Assembly: GCA_950097015.1 (NCBI GenBank)
Contig: CATNEN010000001.1
Location: forward strand, 6,882,001 to 6,946,000
Length of the DNA stretch: 64,000 nt
Direction: 5' to 3'
From: Macrostomum hystrix
Taxonomy: Eukaryota; Animalia; Platyhelminthes
Positions 1-13,410 of the stretch are shown here, in pieces. The position numbers were made by a program, and so were the translations under genes. The stretch's first letter is position 1; every line of letters starts with the position of its first letter. The notes below the pieces were generated by a model that saw only the letters and a list, made by a program, of their open reading frames with translations, was not told where the DNA came from and searched no databases.

Positions 1-2034
1 TACATAAGGGAAAAATTCCAGCACAACTAGGTCCCCATCCAAGACACGAGTGGGTTCATGTCGCACGCAATGTTGCCACAAGATGGGTTGGGACACGGGG
101 TAAAGATTCGTATTGAACAGAAATTCGCTAGTATTTTAGTAGTAGCTAACAATAATAACTGGTCCAAAGACCTAGAAATTGGTCTGACTTGTTGCAATAG
201 GGATAACAGGAAGAAGGAAAGAACAGCGTAGAAAAAGGCGGAGAGACGAAAATAGCAGAAGAATCATTGTTTCGTACTATGTATGATCTTTGCTAGCCGA
301 TTATAACCAGAAGTAGTCGTTTTGTCTGGCTTAAAAACTTTTCAATTGAAATGTGCTATATTTACTACTGAAAAATTAGACAAGTAGTTAAATAGGCATA
401 TCGATATCTGTTGTTTAAATTTGTAAAACGGAATATATTATAGAGCACTTTTTGCTAATCAGATTGCTACAGATCAGATTTTGTTGGAATAGTAGAATAG
501 CAACAATAAGATGAGTAACAGTGACTTATATTCATCGAGCCAGTAGATTTGTTAGTGAATATTGCTCTAGTGCGTGTTAGATAACGGTATTAGGAAATGG
601 TTTTCTGTCAGCGCAAAAGACCGCAGTCTAGGTTGTTAACGCACCGCATACTACGGTGCAAACATTGCGAACTTAGATAAGAAGTAGATAGAAATTTGGT
701 AGTAATAAAACAGACTTTAAGCGATATAGATACAACTAAATGTCATGCACTAACAGTCTTCAAGGCAAAAAATCATTTTTTTAACTCGGGAGATAAAATA
801 AAATACATTTTTTTACTAAAGAGGATATGTGGGTTGCGAGGAGTCGATTCTGACTATTCTGATATTCCAGCGACATTAAACTTAAACTTAAGATGGCTTC
901 AGCCAACTAGAAACCGTTCGTGAGGAAATATCTTATAAAGGCAAAACAGGTGCAAACCTAGTGCTTTTCGTTTAGGAATGTTTTATTGCTTCAAATTTTA
1001 CCAAATAAAAGAACTCTGACTAATTCTTTGAACCAAAAACTAGGTCATGGAGAGAGGGTGAAAGCTTTCAAGAGGTGAAGACTGAAAAATGTAAAGCTTA
1101 GTAAAGGAAGCATTTCAAAGCTAATTCACCCCAGCCCGAGTTATGTAACACTTAGATGTCAGACAAACCAGAAAAGAAAAAAACTTTGACTCTAAATGCA
1201 CCATTACAATTCTAGGAAAAAAACTAATTTGAAATAGAGATTGATTTTTAAATTTGTCTTATATTGGAGTAATTGGAGTAAATATGAACAAAAGATGGCT
1301 ATTCGAAAATTTCCGGTTTTACACAATGTGATTAATTATAGCTGATATTTAATAACTTAAAATTTTGAGCGTGTCATTGTCTTGACAAAATTTCAAATCA
1401 AAGGATTTTTATACGTCAATCGATTTATCATTTCGATGTGCACTTTAATTACAGAATCTTTAGCAACTACTGCTTAGCGTATATATACTAATACACTATT
1501 ATTTTAACAGGTTTTAGAGGTTGCTTATTAGGAATTTAATTTTATCTAAGAACAAAGCCAAGGATTTTAGCAATCTTCGAGTATTATGAAAAAATGCTTT
1601 GTGTATCGAGCTTAAATGCAATCTGAATGTCACTGCTTTGAATAGTGTTCTGTAAAAGAGTCATTCCTTTCATAGGCGACGATAACAGCTAGCTAGTCTC
1701 CTATAGAATTAAAAATGAGACAGACAAAAAAAATATCCCAAACGAGAACAGTGGAACGCCACCTGGATCTCAAAAGAAGCCAAAAAGCATTGGGCGAGCT
1801 ATTAAATAGAACAATATACATTTGCCTTCTTTGTCAATTACTCGTAGATTTAGCAATGTCTGCTAATAAAAGCATAGAGAACACTAAATGACAGGATACT
1901 TCAGAACATAAATTTATATTTGATGGCACTCAGATTGATGAAACTACATATAATAGGGCAAGTTTATTATGCAAGGATAAACGAAAATTCAGGCACCTAA
2001 AAAATTATAAATGAAACTAGGAAATTCGGAATAG

Positions 2035-2905
2035 AAACAGTAGAGTAGAGAGCGGAAGAGGGCAGACAGTAGAGTAGACAGAGGGAAGTGGGTAGACAGG
2101 AGAAGACAGCGGGAAGTGGGTAGACAAAGGAGAAGACAGAGGGAAGAGGGTAGACAGAGGAGACAGCGGGAAGAGGGTAGACAGAAGAGGAGACAGCGGG
2201 AAGAGGGTAGACAGAAGAGGAGACAGCGGGAAGAGGGTAGACAGAGGAGACAGCGGGAAGAGGGTAGACAGAGGAGACAGCGGGAAGAGGGTAGACAGAG
2301 GAGACAGCGGGAAGAGGGTAGACAGAGGAGACAGCGGGAAGAGGGTAGACAGAGGAGACAGCGGGAAGAGGGTAGACAGAGGAGACAGCGGGAAGAGGGT
2401 AGACAGAGGAGAAGACAGCGGGAAGAGGGTAGACAGAGGAGAAGACAGCGGGAAGAGGGTAGACAGAGGAGACAGCGGGAAGAGGGTAGACAGAGGAGAC
2501 AGCGGGAAGAGGGTAGACAGAGGAGACAGCGGGAAGAGGGTAGACAGAGGAGACAGCGGGAAGAGGGTAGACAGAGGAGACAGCGGGAAGAGGGTAGACA
2601 GAGGAGACAGCGGGAAGAGGGTAGACAGAGGAGACAGCAGGAAGAGGGTAGACAGAGGAGAAGACAGCGGGAAGTGGGTAGACAAAGGAGAAGACAGAGG
2701 GAAGAGGGTAGACAGAGGAGACAGCGGGAAGAGGGTAGACAGAGGAGACAGCGGGAAGAGGGTAGACAGAGGATACAGCGGGAAGAGGGTAGACAGAGGA
2801 GAAGACAGCGGGAAGAGGGTAGACAGAGGAGAAGACAGGGAAGAGGGTAGTCACAGGAGAAGACAGATGGAAGAGGGTAGTCAGAGGAGAAGACAGCGGG
2901 AAGAG
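2035..2905. repeat. Purine-rich minisatellite, 27/30-bp unit (GGGAAGAGGGTAGACAGAGGA[GAA]GACAGC)
   Basis: About 30 tandem units read directly. Explains ORFs 1997..2854, 2017..2685 and 2116..2850. Confidence 0.95.
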
Positions 2906-3534
2906 TTTAATCGAAACATCCTCTATTTGATAATCCTTTTTCCTATTCCTCTTACGGACTAGTACCGAGCAGACAACTAGGCCGGCAAATTCATGCCGTC
3001 AAGGTCAACCCTAGATGGGGCAATCGAATCTAGACTACAGTGCTTGGGCTAGCCATATAACTCTGCACTTTTCCACATCCAATGGCCAGCCTAATGCATT
3101 CTCCCTCTCCCGGTTAAAAAGGGCGCTTGTACTTGAAATCGACGCCGCTATCAGTTAGAGAAGTAGGCGGGTGAGTAATAGGTACCACGAGTGATACGGA
3201 CTGCCCAAAAGCTAGACTAAAAAACACTTGACTCAGAAAATTAAGTGCCTGAGTGCTTGAGTATCAAAAAAGCTGTGCAAAAGTGCAAATAGATGCACTA
3301 TGATCATTGCATCGAAAAATGCGAACAAACTTTTTTAATGCGCATCGATAGACTGCCATTTTGCGTCGAAAATTATAAAAAAACTCGGCTTTGAGTAGCA
3401 CTGCTTATTTTTGCAATTTTTGCTTCGATTCACGGTCGATAATATCCGTTCTTTTAGGCCAAATAACTAAACCCAAAGCTTAAGACCAAAGTCTAAGGAT
3501 CTGTCTATTCTCTCTGCATTATATCTATCTCGTC

Positions 3535-4320
3535 TCATTCATCCCATGTCTAATCTCTCCATGTCTTATTTAATCCAATGTCTAATCTTTCCCTGTCTTA
3601 TTTTATCCCATGTCTAATCTCTCCCAGTCTTATTTCATCCCATGTCTAATCTCTCCCAGTCTTATTTCATCCTATGTCTAATCTCTCCCTGTCTTATTTT
3701 ATCCCATGTCTAATCTCTCCCTGTCTTATTTCATCCCATGTCTAATCTCTCCATGTCTTATTTAATCCCATGTCTAATCTCTCCCAGTCTTATTTTATCC
3801 CATGTCTAATCTCTCCCTGTCTTATTTCAACCCATGTCTAATCTCTCCCAGTCTTATTTCAACCCATGTCTAATCTCTCCCAGTCTTATTTCATCTCATG
3901 TCTAATCTCTCCCTGTCTTATTTCATCCCATGTCTAATCTCTCCCTGTCTTATTTCAACCCATGTCTAATCTCTCCCAGTCTTATTTCAACCCATGTCTA
4001 ATCTCTCCCTGTCTTATTTCATCCCATGTCTAATCTCTCCCTGTCTTATTTCAACCCATGTCTAATCTCTCCCTGTCTTATTTCAACCCATGTCTAATCT
4101 CTCCCAGTCTTATTTCAACCCATGTCTAATCTCTCCCTGTCTTATTTCATCCCATGTCTAATCTCTCCCTGTCTTATTTCAACCCATGTCTAATCTCTCC
4201 CAGTCTTATTTCAACCCATGTCTAATCTCTCCCTGTCTTATTTAATCCCATGTCTAATCTCTCCCAGTCTTATTTCATCCCATGTCTAATCTCTCCCTGT
4301 CTTATTTCATCCCGTGTCTA
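3535..4320. repeat. 32-bp minisatellite (CATGTCTAATCTCTCCCTGTCTTATTTCATCC)
   Basis: About 24 tandem units; e.g. CATG starts at 3609, 3641, 3961 and 3993. Confidence 0.95.
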
Positions 4321-4987
4321 ATACCCCGTCTGATCTCACCCTCTGTGGCTCTCTTATCTCCTGTCAAATCTCCTACCTGTCTCACCACACCTTCTAATCT
4401 CATCATTTCCGTCCTATCTCACCCACATCATTGTCCTATCTCTCTCATGTCTTATTTTTTATCTAGCTTGTGTCCTATCATATTCCTATTTCCATTTTCA
4501 ATCCTGCGAATTGTCGCATTCTAATCGATAATGTCTAATCTCTTTTAGTCAGTTTTAAGCCCTTGAAAATAGGATTTTAGGGTTGAAAGTATAAATAAAA
4601 CTAATAGTTAACAAATAAACGCACTGTTATAATACAAAGAGTATAAACACTCACCACGTTAACAGATTAGGAGAGTTTCGTTCCATCCATTGCAGGTGCT
4701 ATACCACCCGATAGTTAGTGAATTGATCAAACTGCAAGCTCATTTGTCGATAAACATAATTGTATCTCTCAGATGAACATATATCAATGGAAGAACGTTT
4801 TTTAGCTTAGGCACTTGAATCGGAAGTTGCAGACGATAGAAAGGCACCGTGACTGTCTTTAATAAGCAATGCAATTAGTGGAAGACAATTAGTTCAGTTG
4901 GACCACTCTTGTGTCTGAAACAATATAGAGAATTTGATGAGTTAATTTAATAATATACTGTTCTTTTATTAAAACAAATAAAAAAAA

Positions 4988-5230
4988 TAATTGCAGGAGG
5001 GCTGTGGGCAACGTCACATCATTTGTTCACACTAGACCCGCAGCCAGCGAGGAGGCAATTCTACACATTTACAGGTGAGTACGACTGCCTTGACTTTCTC
5101 ATCGTCACGCAGTGTACACTCTAACTGTGCCTAGGAGGCTGGCCCTCAATGGCGTAAATTGCACGACATTTGGGGTGCACGACTGCGCCCCAACTGAATG
5201 TGGCCTCGCCGCGGAATCGAGCTCAGGGAC
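4988..5230 (-). mobile_element. SINE family A, 5'-truncated copy
   Basis: Reverse complement reads GTCCCTGAGCTCGATTCCGCGGCGAGGCCA...GGCTGCGGGTCTAG...CAGCCCTCCTGCAATTATTTT, matching the copies at 46485 and 57921. Confidence 0.8.
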
Positions 5231-5738
5231 ATCATTTTTCAGTAAAGAAATAACTGACACTGTTATTGCAGTCCAGATTTTAATTTGAATATTTATAACA
5301 CTGACAGTTCGATTTTCACTAGTTTTTTCGAGTTTTTTTATTGTCGCAGTTGCAAACAAAAAACAGAACGCAATAAGTAGAATCTGATATACACTCAAGT
5401 ATTTATACAAGCACAGTAGCTTGGGGAATGGGGAAATCGTTTATAATGTATTGTTAATAATATGGCCAGATGGAATCAATCACGATACCAAACAAAAACA
5501 AACACGAAAATTGGTAAGCAAATACTTTTAATTGCACAGAAACAAAATCATTAAAATAAAATAATAGAGCTTGATAAATAATACAGTGAGAAAAAAGATG
5601 CAATGATTGAGATAAACTCGTGAGAGAACAGGAAACAGGTAGGATAACACAATAGGGAAAGCGTTGAATTGTATTGCATCCGCATAGTAACAATGTCATT
5701 TAGGGAACAAGTAAGCTAGACATCAATATGTAATTATT

Positions 5739-6395
5739 TCACAAATCACGCTCGCGTCGTCCGCGTCGACTAGCATGGCCAGGTAAATATTTATCGCCAT
5801 TTGTTGTCGTTGGCAACCGGCCAGTTAATAGAACTCCATTGAAATAAGCAGTCTTGGCAACTTTGTACTGCGACAAATAACAATGCTTGGACTTGGCTGA
5901 TATTGCACTGCTGCGCTTGCGAGAGGAGACACTGCCGACGACGGCTACGCCACTGGCGCTGCCATTGACGCCCGAATTCTGATGCCGATGAGTTGACAGA
6001 TTCTGGGCTCGGGTTCGTCGACAAGGTGGAAACCGAAGGTAAAATTTATCTGTCTGATTAGCAGTTCCTTCCGATGAAGATTCAGCTGGACTAGCTCCAG
6101 AACTGTTGCAATGCTTGCCATTACTGTTGACATTTTCAGTAGTAGATGCATGCTGGCAACGCTGCTTCGATGACTCTTTAGGATCCGTTTCCATGGCAAC
6201 TATTCGCCGAGCAGAGGGCGATCGATTCTGACAGGCTCTAGGATTGAATAACTGTACCGGCTGACCATTTTGAGACTTAATAGACGTCTCTGAACACAAG
6301 TCCGTTTCCATTGGCTGTTCGTCGACGCGAACGCAGCCGCCGCTGGCAAGTGAACTTCTTTTAAAAGAAGCTATCGGTTTCTCTTTGTTCATCAT
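5739..6395 (-). CDS. Possible orphan Ser/Asn-rich disordered protein (~218 aa from MMNKEK)
   Basis: Non-repetitive open frame of more than 200 codons in a locally GC-richer stretch. No recognisable domain; exon structure unknown. Confidence 0.4.
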   Translation of the reverse strand: MMNKEKPIASFKRSSLASGGCVRVDEQPMETDLCSETSIKSQNGQPVQLFNPRACQNRSPSARRIVAMETDPKESSKQRCQHASTTENVNSNGKHCNSSGASPAESSSEGTANQTDKFYLRFPPCRRTRAQNLSTHRHQNSGVNGSASGVAVVGSVSSRKRSSAISAKSKHCYLSQYKVAKTAYFNGVLLTGRLPTTTNGDKYLPGHASRRGRRERDL

Positions 6396-7919
6396 TGTCG
6401 TCGGTAAGTTCAAGAAAATATAGGAACACGCCTTTAATTGCGGTCTTTAAAAGCCATTCTTGGCCTGCATCGCAAATTGAAGTTGAAAAACTGCAGTCAA
6501 CTCCGCGTGAATGCGCTCAATAGAAAATCAACCAGGAAATTTGTTGCTAGCTCCTGTGAGCTTTTTTAACTGAACAATAGGGCGTTAGCTTAAATTAACG
6601 GCTGTGGACAACAATGGGCCTGGAGTTTCATTGAAAGAGCTAACTCAATGAAAAAGTATCTACATGAAGGTCATGCTTTTAACAGTGGTACAACAAGTTC
6701 AACTTCTGACTTGATTAAATATAGCTTGAAGTCAATTTGCGAAGACTACTCGGTTTGCAGAGTTGATTGACTCGTTTCAAAGTTATATAACGCATACGCG
6801 GGGGGCCTAAAATCCTTTGAACCGAAGAAGGGGTGTGCGTATGCGCACGCTGTGTGAAGGAGGCGGGGTGGCTGTCGTAGTCACACAAGGCAGTGAATAT
6901 ATATTATATATGAAGGAAGGTTTTCTATACGTAAGAGAGAGAGGGTAAGAGAATTTACTGTACACTGCAGGCGTTTTGAATGTACATTAGGGCCCAACGC
7001 CGGGAGCACGAGGACGAAAATAGACTTTAGGTGATGAAATGTAGGAGGGACAGAGAAGCGCTATTGGGGGGAGGGGATGAAAAACCCTCACGCTCACATG
7101 CCAGCCCAACCCCACCCCAAGGCCGGCTTTCACACTGCCAACTACTCCCTTTTTATCGGGAATGCGTCATCGAGATAAGAGAGAGGGAAGAGAGAAATTT
7201 GAGTAGAAAGAGGAGTAGAGAGGACCTAGAACTTAGACTTTTAGTAATGGGGAGGAAGGAAATAGAGGGTTTAGTAGAGTTGGAGAATGTAGGATAGGAG
7301 ACATTGCGAAGTTGGACGGTCAGAGTGTAAAAAGCCTACAGAGAAAAGACAGAGAGAGAGAGAGAGAGCTAATGAGAAAGGAGAGAACAGCGATAAGAAA
7401 ATAAAGAACTGAGCGAACTCTCGATATAATATAATCGGCCCGTGGTCGGGGATGGTCAGAGTAGTGAATCGCGACATAAAGTGCAAGAGAGGAGGAAGAT
7501 GACGTTGGACTTAGGATCGCTCCCCTAGCCAAGCCCACACGCTCGATTTTGGAAGACATTGCAGCTGCTAGACAGCTTGAATGGGCGACCTTAGCTGGAT
7601 TTGAACTGGCCAATCGGAATGAAGAACCCTAAAGTGCATGCATACGTACGAACTAACTCGCCTCCTGGATGAGTAGTGAGAAGCTTGCACTTTTCCAAAT
7701 GTCAAATGCAGGAGCGAGAAAAATTAACTGTCTTATCCATGCTAAGCATGGCTTCACTCATACTCAATGAGCCTCTGCCTAGACTTGCAAGCCAAAACCG
7801 ACAGCAAGCTACAACTAAAAGATTTTGCACGGTTTATCAATATTTTATAGTTTCTACTCAATTTCTTCATCTCCTATTGAAATATTTCACTGCTTTAGTC
7901 TAATAGTGAAACTTATATC

Positions 7920-8538
7920 ACAGTGTCCTCAACTAATCTCCCAGTGTCTTAGCAGCCACCCACCTCCACAAATCTCTCAGAGTCTTAACAGCCACCTCCA
8001 CTAATATCCTAGTGTCCTAGCAGCCACCTTCACTAATCTCCAAGTGTCTTAGCAGCCAACCACTTCCACTAATCTCCCAGTGTCTTAACAGCCACCTCCA
8101 CTTATCTCTCAGTGTCTTAACAGCCACCTCCACTTATCTCTCAGTGTCTTAACAGCCACCTCCACTAATCTCCAAGTGTCTTAGCAGCCACCCACCTCCA
8201 CTAATCTCCTAGTGTCTAAGCAGCCACCCACCTCCACTAATATCCCAGTGTCTCAGCAGCCACCCACCTCCACTAATCTCCCAGCGTTTTAGCAGCCACC
8301 TCCACTAATCTCCCAGCGTTTTAGCAGCCACCTCCACTAATCTCCCAGTGTCTCAGCAGCCACCCACCTCCACTAATCTCCAAGTGTCTTAGCAGCCACC
8401 TCCACTAATATCCCAGTGTTTTAGCAGCCACCTCCACTAATCTCCAAGTGTCTTAGCAGCCACCCACCTCCACTAACCTCCCAGTCTCAGCAGCCACCCA
8501 CCCTGACTAATGACTTAGTGTCTCAGCAGCCACCCATT
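7920..8538. repeat. 32/36-bp minisatellite (CTCCACTAATCTCCCAGTGTCTTAGCAGCCAC[CCAC])
   Basis: About 18 tandem units read directly. Confidence 0.93.
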
Positions 8539-9643
8539 CTACTAGGTGTATGCAAAGCATCAATCGAATTTTCTGTACCCAATCTAGCGTACTTTTTTTC
8601 GCTTTTAGTCCCAAAAGTAAAAAATAAGAGAAACGTCGGCGAAAGAATATCTGGAGGGCATTTTAGTTTATATGCATACTGCACTACTCATAGTAGAGAA
8701 AGTACTCTTAGGGTAATCGAGTATTATACTTACAGTAAAATAATTATATTGATGATTTAAATTTCATCTTAGTAAAGAGTAAAATAGTTGCATGCGAAAG
8801 ACTGTAGCCGAGTAGTTCTGAACACAGAACACAGAAAGTGGACTAAACTTAATTTAAAAAAATATTTTAGACATAATTTTTTCTCATGATTTCACCTTTT
8901 GTTATACATTATTTATTGTGAAAAGAGCCAAACAAACTAACTAGTTACTTGTCAATCCTTTATACTAAAGGACAAAGTCTAACTCTGAAGTTGTTACTTA
9001 GATTACTATTTGCTTTATTTCCAAATATAAATTCAAATGATTGAATTATACTTATATTATTTTTGTGACTAACTTTTGACTGTTCTAGTTACACTTTTTC
9101 ATATATATAAGTATAATTCAATCATTTGAATTTATATTTGGAAATAAAGCAAATAGTAATATAAGATGCTTTTTAATATATGTAAGAAAATCCAATACTA
9201 AATAATAATGAATAATTCCAGACATTTTGTTTGAATACACTATCAAAAATGTAACTAAAGAAGGGAAAGAAAGGTGCAGGTTGTGCCCTGAGTGCTATAA
9301 GTATAATTATTCATTATAATATATATCATATAAGTATAAGTATTTAAATATATATCAACTGCTAGACAACTTCTAGCAGTTTTTTAGACAACTGCACCAT
9401 GTGGAATGGCTACTTGGACACATTTTGTATGTGGAGTCCCCTACAAATAATTATCTCCTAGAAAAACTTACTAGGACTTAAGTTAAGTTAAAATAACTTG
9501 CAGAATACAATTTATCTTGCAGAATAACCCACAAACTACAGTTCTTTTCAGAATGACATTTTCAAACAACAGCACTGTGTGGAATGGCTACCTAGGCACA
9601 CAATTTGCATGCATTGTCCAGTATAAAAATTATCATTGCAGAA

Positions 9644-10753
9644 TAGAGGTGTCACAAGATCTTGATGAGACAAGATTCAAGATGAGATCTTGAATTCTTT
9701 TTATATTTTAATATGAAATTTTCAGGAGACAAGAAATATAAGTCAAGTATTTTTTTAATACACAGATACTTTTTAGAAATTGGTTTTTTGTTGTAGTATC
9801 TGCAGTAATGCAATTTTGAAATGGTTTAAAACATAAATGTCAATCAGTTTTGGCTTTTAATGAATGTTGTTACTCGTAATAATTGCTATAATACTAGCTT
9901 GTATATGTGCTCTTTTAGTTATCATTTGTTCAGCAACAAGGTGATATGGCAGCAGCCTTAAAGTCAATATGCTTGTCTTTTGATGTATTTGTACTAAACA
10001 CTAAGTAATTATCTACTTATATGTAAATACTAGAATACATGAAGCAAATTTTCAAACTTGGAAATATATGCGGAACATTTTACTTGTCCCCAAATGGATA
10101 GGAAAGAATAGCTTCTCACTTGTTCTTTATTTCTTTCTTTCTCAATGATAGCAAGCACATATTATGCATTAAAAGTTATAAAATCTGTTGCTCTGCTGTA
10201 TAAGTGAGGCACCTGTCAGCATCAGTCATGTAGGCACATTGCCTTTGGCTTTCATATTGGCCTTCAATGCATGGTTAAAAAAGGTAAAGTAAACCTAGTG
10301 ATTACATATAGAAACACATAGCAAACTACACACAGATAGGGAAACAGAGCAAACAATAAACATATATAATGACGTGAAAATGCAAAGCATAGTTGGCTAC
10401 AACCAAGATGATAAAAACATGAGATGTAACTGCTTGCACATTGTATAGGTAATAGGTATTAACACTGAGTATCCACTTGGTAGGCTCTAGCTAATAGCAC
10501 TTTCACATAGTATTAAGTATGACTGTACAAGTAATAAGAATTAAATGTTTAAGAATTATTTTAAATAAAAAATATACCTTTTTATTTGTTTAAAAGTTTA
10601 GAATCAGAGAAAAATAAAAAGACTTTGAAATTTCTTGCAAATCTAGATTTCAGAATCTTATCTTGTCTCATCTTGTCTTGAATTTCTCAACTAATAACCT
10701 ATTCTCATCTTGAATCTCGTCTCAAATAAAATCTTAATTTTATTAAAGCTCTA
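9644..10753. mobile_element. Non-autonomous hAT-type DNA transposon
   Basis: Termini TAGAG...CTCTA. 8-bp TSD TTGCAGAA at 9636-9643 and 10754-10761. Inverted subterminal GATGAGACAAGAT / ATCTTGTCTCATC repeats. Confidence 0.8.
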
Positions 10754-12494
10754 TTGCAGAATACAATTTTTCTTGCAGAATGACATTTACAGACAATGGA
10801 ACTGTGTGGAATGGCTAGGCCTACCTAGACACACATTTTGCATGCAGAGTCCCCTACATATAAATATCTTGTGGAATAACTTGTAAAATAAAATTTTGAA
10901 TACAATATATGTTGCCAGAGAACTCAATTTTATGATTTTAATGCAGAAAAGCTCACAATTCACCACCCAGTAAATTGACTCCATGGCCTGCTAAGCTGAC
11001 AGGAAATGACAAAATGACAATCAGTTAACCAGGGCTATTTAATTATAAACATTTATTTATTTAGTTTATAACTAAAAATTAAAAAGTAAAAAAAAAATTA
11101 AAAAAAAAATAAAATATAGCTTACAAAATGTTTTATATTATCATTTTAAACATTTCATGAATGCTGATTGTTATGCCTATCATATAAACCAATACCCTAA
11201 ACCTACTTACAATACAGGTAGCTTGACAACAAAGGAAATAAAAGGCCTAGTAACAATTGCCAATATTCACAAGCTGACAATCTTAGCAGCAGAGCTTATA
11301 AACGTATGAGCTAGTTTTTAAAAAGGGCCAAGGTCTTAGGTCTAGACCTTTTTTACTTGTACTGTAGCCTGTAGGCTCTGGCTAATAAATAGGCCTAGGC
11401 CTATGCACTCTAGAAAGTTGAAATAACTACAATAACTGTCATGGACACGGTTTTGCAGACACACACGTTACGACGATGCTACATAAACATAGGCCTACTG
11501 TCGAGGCGTATAGATAGCAAACGATAGTAAAGTACTATTTGCAAGACACCCTGTAGTATCAATTAAATTGCCGGGTGTACTTTAAACGAATTGCAAAAAA
11601 GCTAAAACTTTCAAAATCGAAAGCACAAAAGAAGCTTAAAAATTATAAAATTTAGTAGAAATTACTTGTTGAAAAAAATGCACATACACGGTAATCTGTT
11701 TCGTTATAATATGCCTCTTAGTTTTTAGTTTAATTTAAAAATTGAAAACTTGCTAAGGTACTTGCTAAGGTATGAAAGCTGGCTGGCACTACCGATACTA
11801 AGACTTCAGAGAAGTCATTTAAATAAACATAAATTTATATTGGCAAAACAGGCTGTTTGCCTGAGCCAGCATTCCTTCTACACTTTAAACTCAAGAACAA
11901 CTAGAATAAAATCTAGTGGTTATTGTATATACGTCGTACTCGTAGGTCAGTTCAGATTAGCCGTTTTGTTTTTAGCACACATGATCAATGTTTGTTGTTT
12001 ATTAAACATCAGTTTTGTAAACTGAATACTGTAAAAGGCCTTTTCATTTCCGAGAAAAAAACTTCACTAACTCAAAAATGACTTGTTTTTTTTAATCCAG
12101 TCCGCTTTGATAAGAATTGTATTTTAGTAGCTATAAATAAATAAATTATTGGCACTGTTTAGGCCTAGTAAATTTTAATAGGGGGCCTAGCTTTTACATA
12201 CTTCTCTAATCACTATCTTTTTCTGTATTAGTCGCGTAATGATCTTGCTGATCTTTTAATTGTTTTATCAATTCTGTGTGTATTTCTTTATGCTTAACTG
12301 CATGGTGACTCCAGGTCAAGCATTTTGCGCTGTCTATGTCTATTGATCCAGGCGCTTTTTCTCCCAAAATCTTCTGGCATGTTAGCTGAAAGTTCAAATT
12401 AGAAGTTCAATTGCACAAAACCTGTGATTTTTTGCTACTGGATTTTGATAAATGCATATATTGGCTATCTATTTCGGCAGAGCATATTCCCACA

Positions 12495-13410
12495 GTCCCA
12501 TGCCGATAATTTTAATTTTATCCACATGGATCCATGCCAATAATTTTCTGCTTAGGCCTATCCTCACGACAGCTTTTATGAATAGGTCTACAACTAAGAA
12601 AATTGTCCAGCAAAAGCATTGGGACACTGTTTTAACTCTCAAGAATTAAACGCTTAAGTCTGAAGGACACACAATTATAAAGATTCGCAGAGGAAAGCGT
12701 GGAACTAGTTAACATGCTTTTGTCAAGTTTCTGAAACCTTATTTTCGTACGGTACAAAGTCAGTAGTATCATTTGCGCATGTGCATTATATCATATTTCA
12801 AGCGCGTGTGCAATACAAATGTCAGTGCGATTCTTCATGCGATTGTTAGCAACGTTACATAGGGGCCTATTTTTCGAAATTAACAATTATTTGAAATCTA
12901 ACGTGTGTATTGCTTGCATACATGCGCAACACCCGGCCGACCTGGCCGAACCGGCCGGGTGAAACGAGGGCCAAGCAAGGTAAGTCGCAAAAACCAATTG
13001 ACCAAGCGCAAAAAAATCAAAGGGGGGACCAAGGGACAAAAAAGGAAGGCGTGAAGAAAAGGAAAAAGGGGAGAGAAAAAGAGAGCAAATGAGAGCAAAC
13101 TAAGTCGTAAATAGAGCAATGAAATGAACTAAGTCGCAAATGAGAGCAAAAACTAAGTCGCACGGCCGGCTAAGATTTGGGAGGTTGCGCATGTATGATT
13201 GCTTGTAATTAAAAGAGGCCCTACTACAGGTTCTGGAAAACATGTATAACCAGTTGTATATAGTACATAAAATTGCTAGGCCTACACAGTTCCTGTATAA
13301 TATGTGCTTTAAGTTCTTAAAGTTATCGGCAAAACAAGGTGCCATGTGGACAGGCAGAGAATTATTGGCACAGATCAGTGTGGATAAAATTGAAATTAAC
13401 GGCATGGCAT
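12495..13410. mobile_element. Old inverted-repeat (MITE-like) remnant enclosing the 12917 MITE
   Basis: 12498-12552 (CCATGCCGATAATTTTAATTTTATCCACA...) is the degenerate reverse complement of 13355-13407. Confidence 0.5.
12917..13197. mobile_element. hAT-type MITE
   Basis: Perfect 14-bp TIR CATACATGCGCAAC / GTTGCGCATGTATG; 8-bp TSD ATTGCTTG on both sides. Confidence 0.88.

Noticed and set aside
1997-2854. Repeat-protein ORFs (VYPLPAVSS, RQREEGRQR)
   Set aside because: Translations of a 27/30-bp minisatellite with no unique coding context.
4655-4914. Exon-like segment on the - strand bounded by TTTCAG and GTGAGT
   Set aside because: Stops in all three frames; at most a non-coding or decayed exon.
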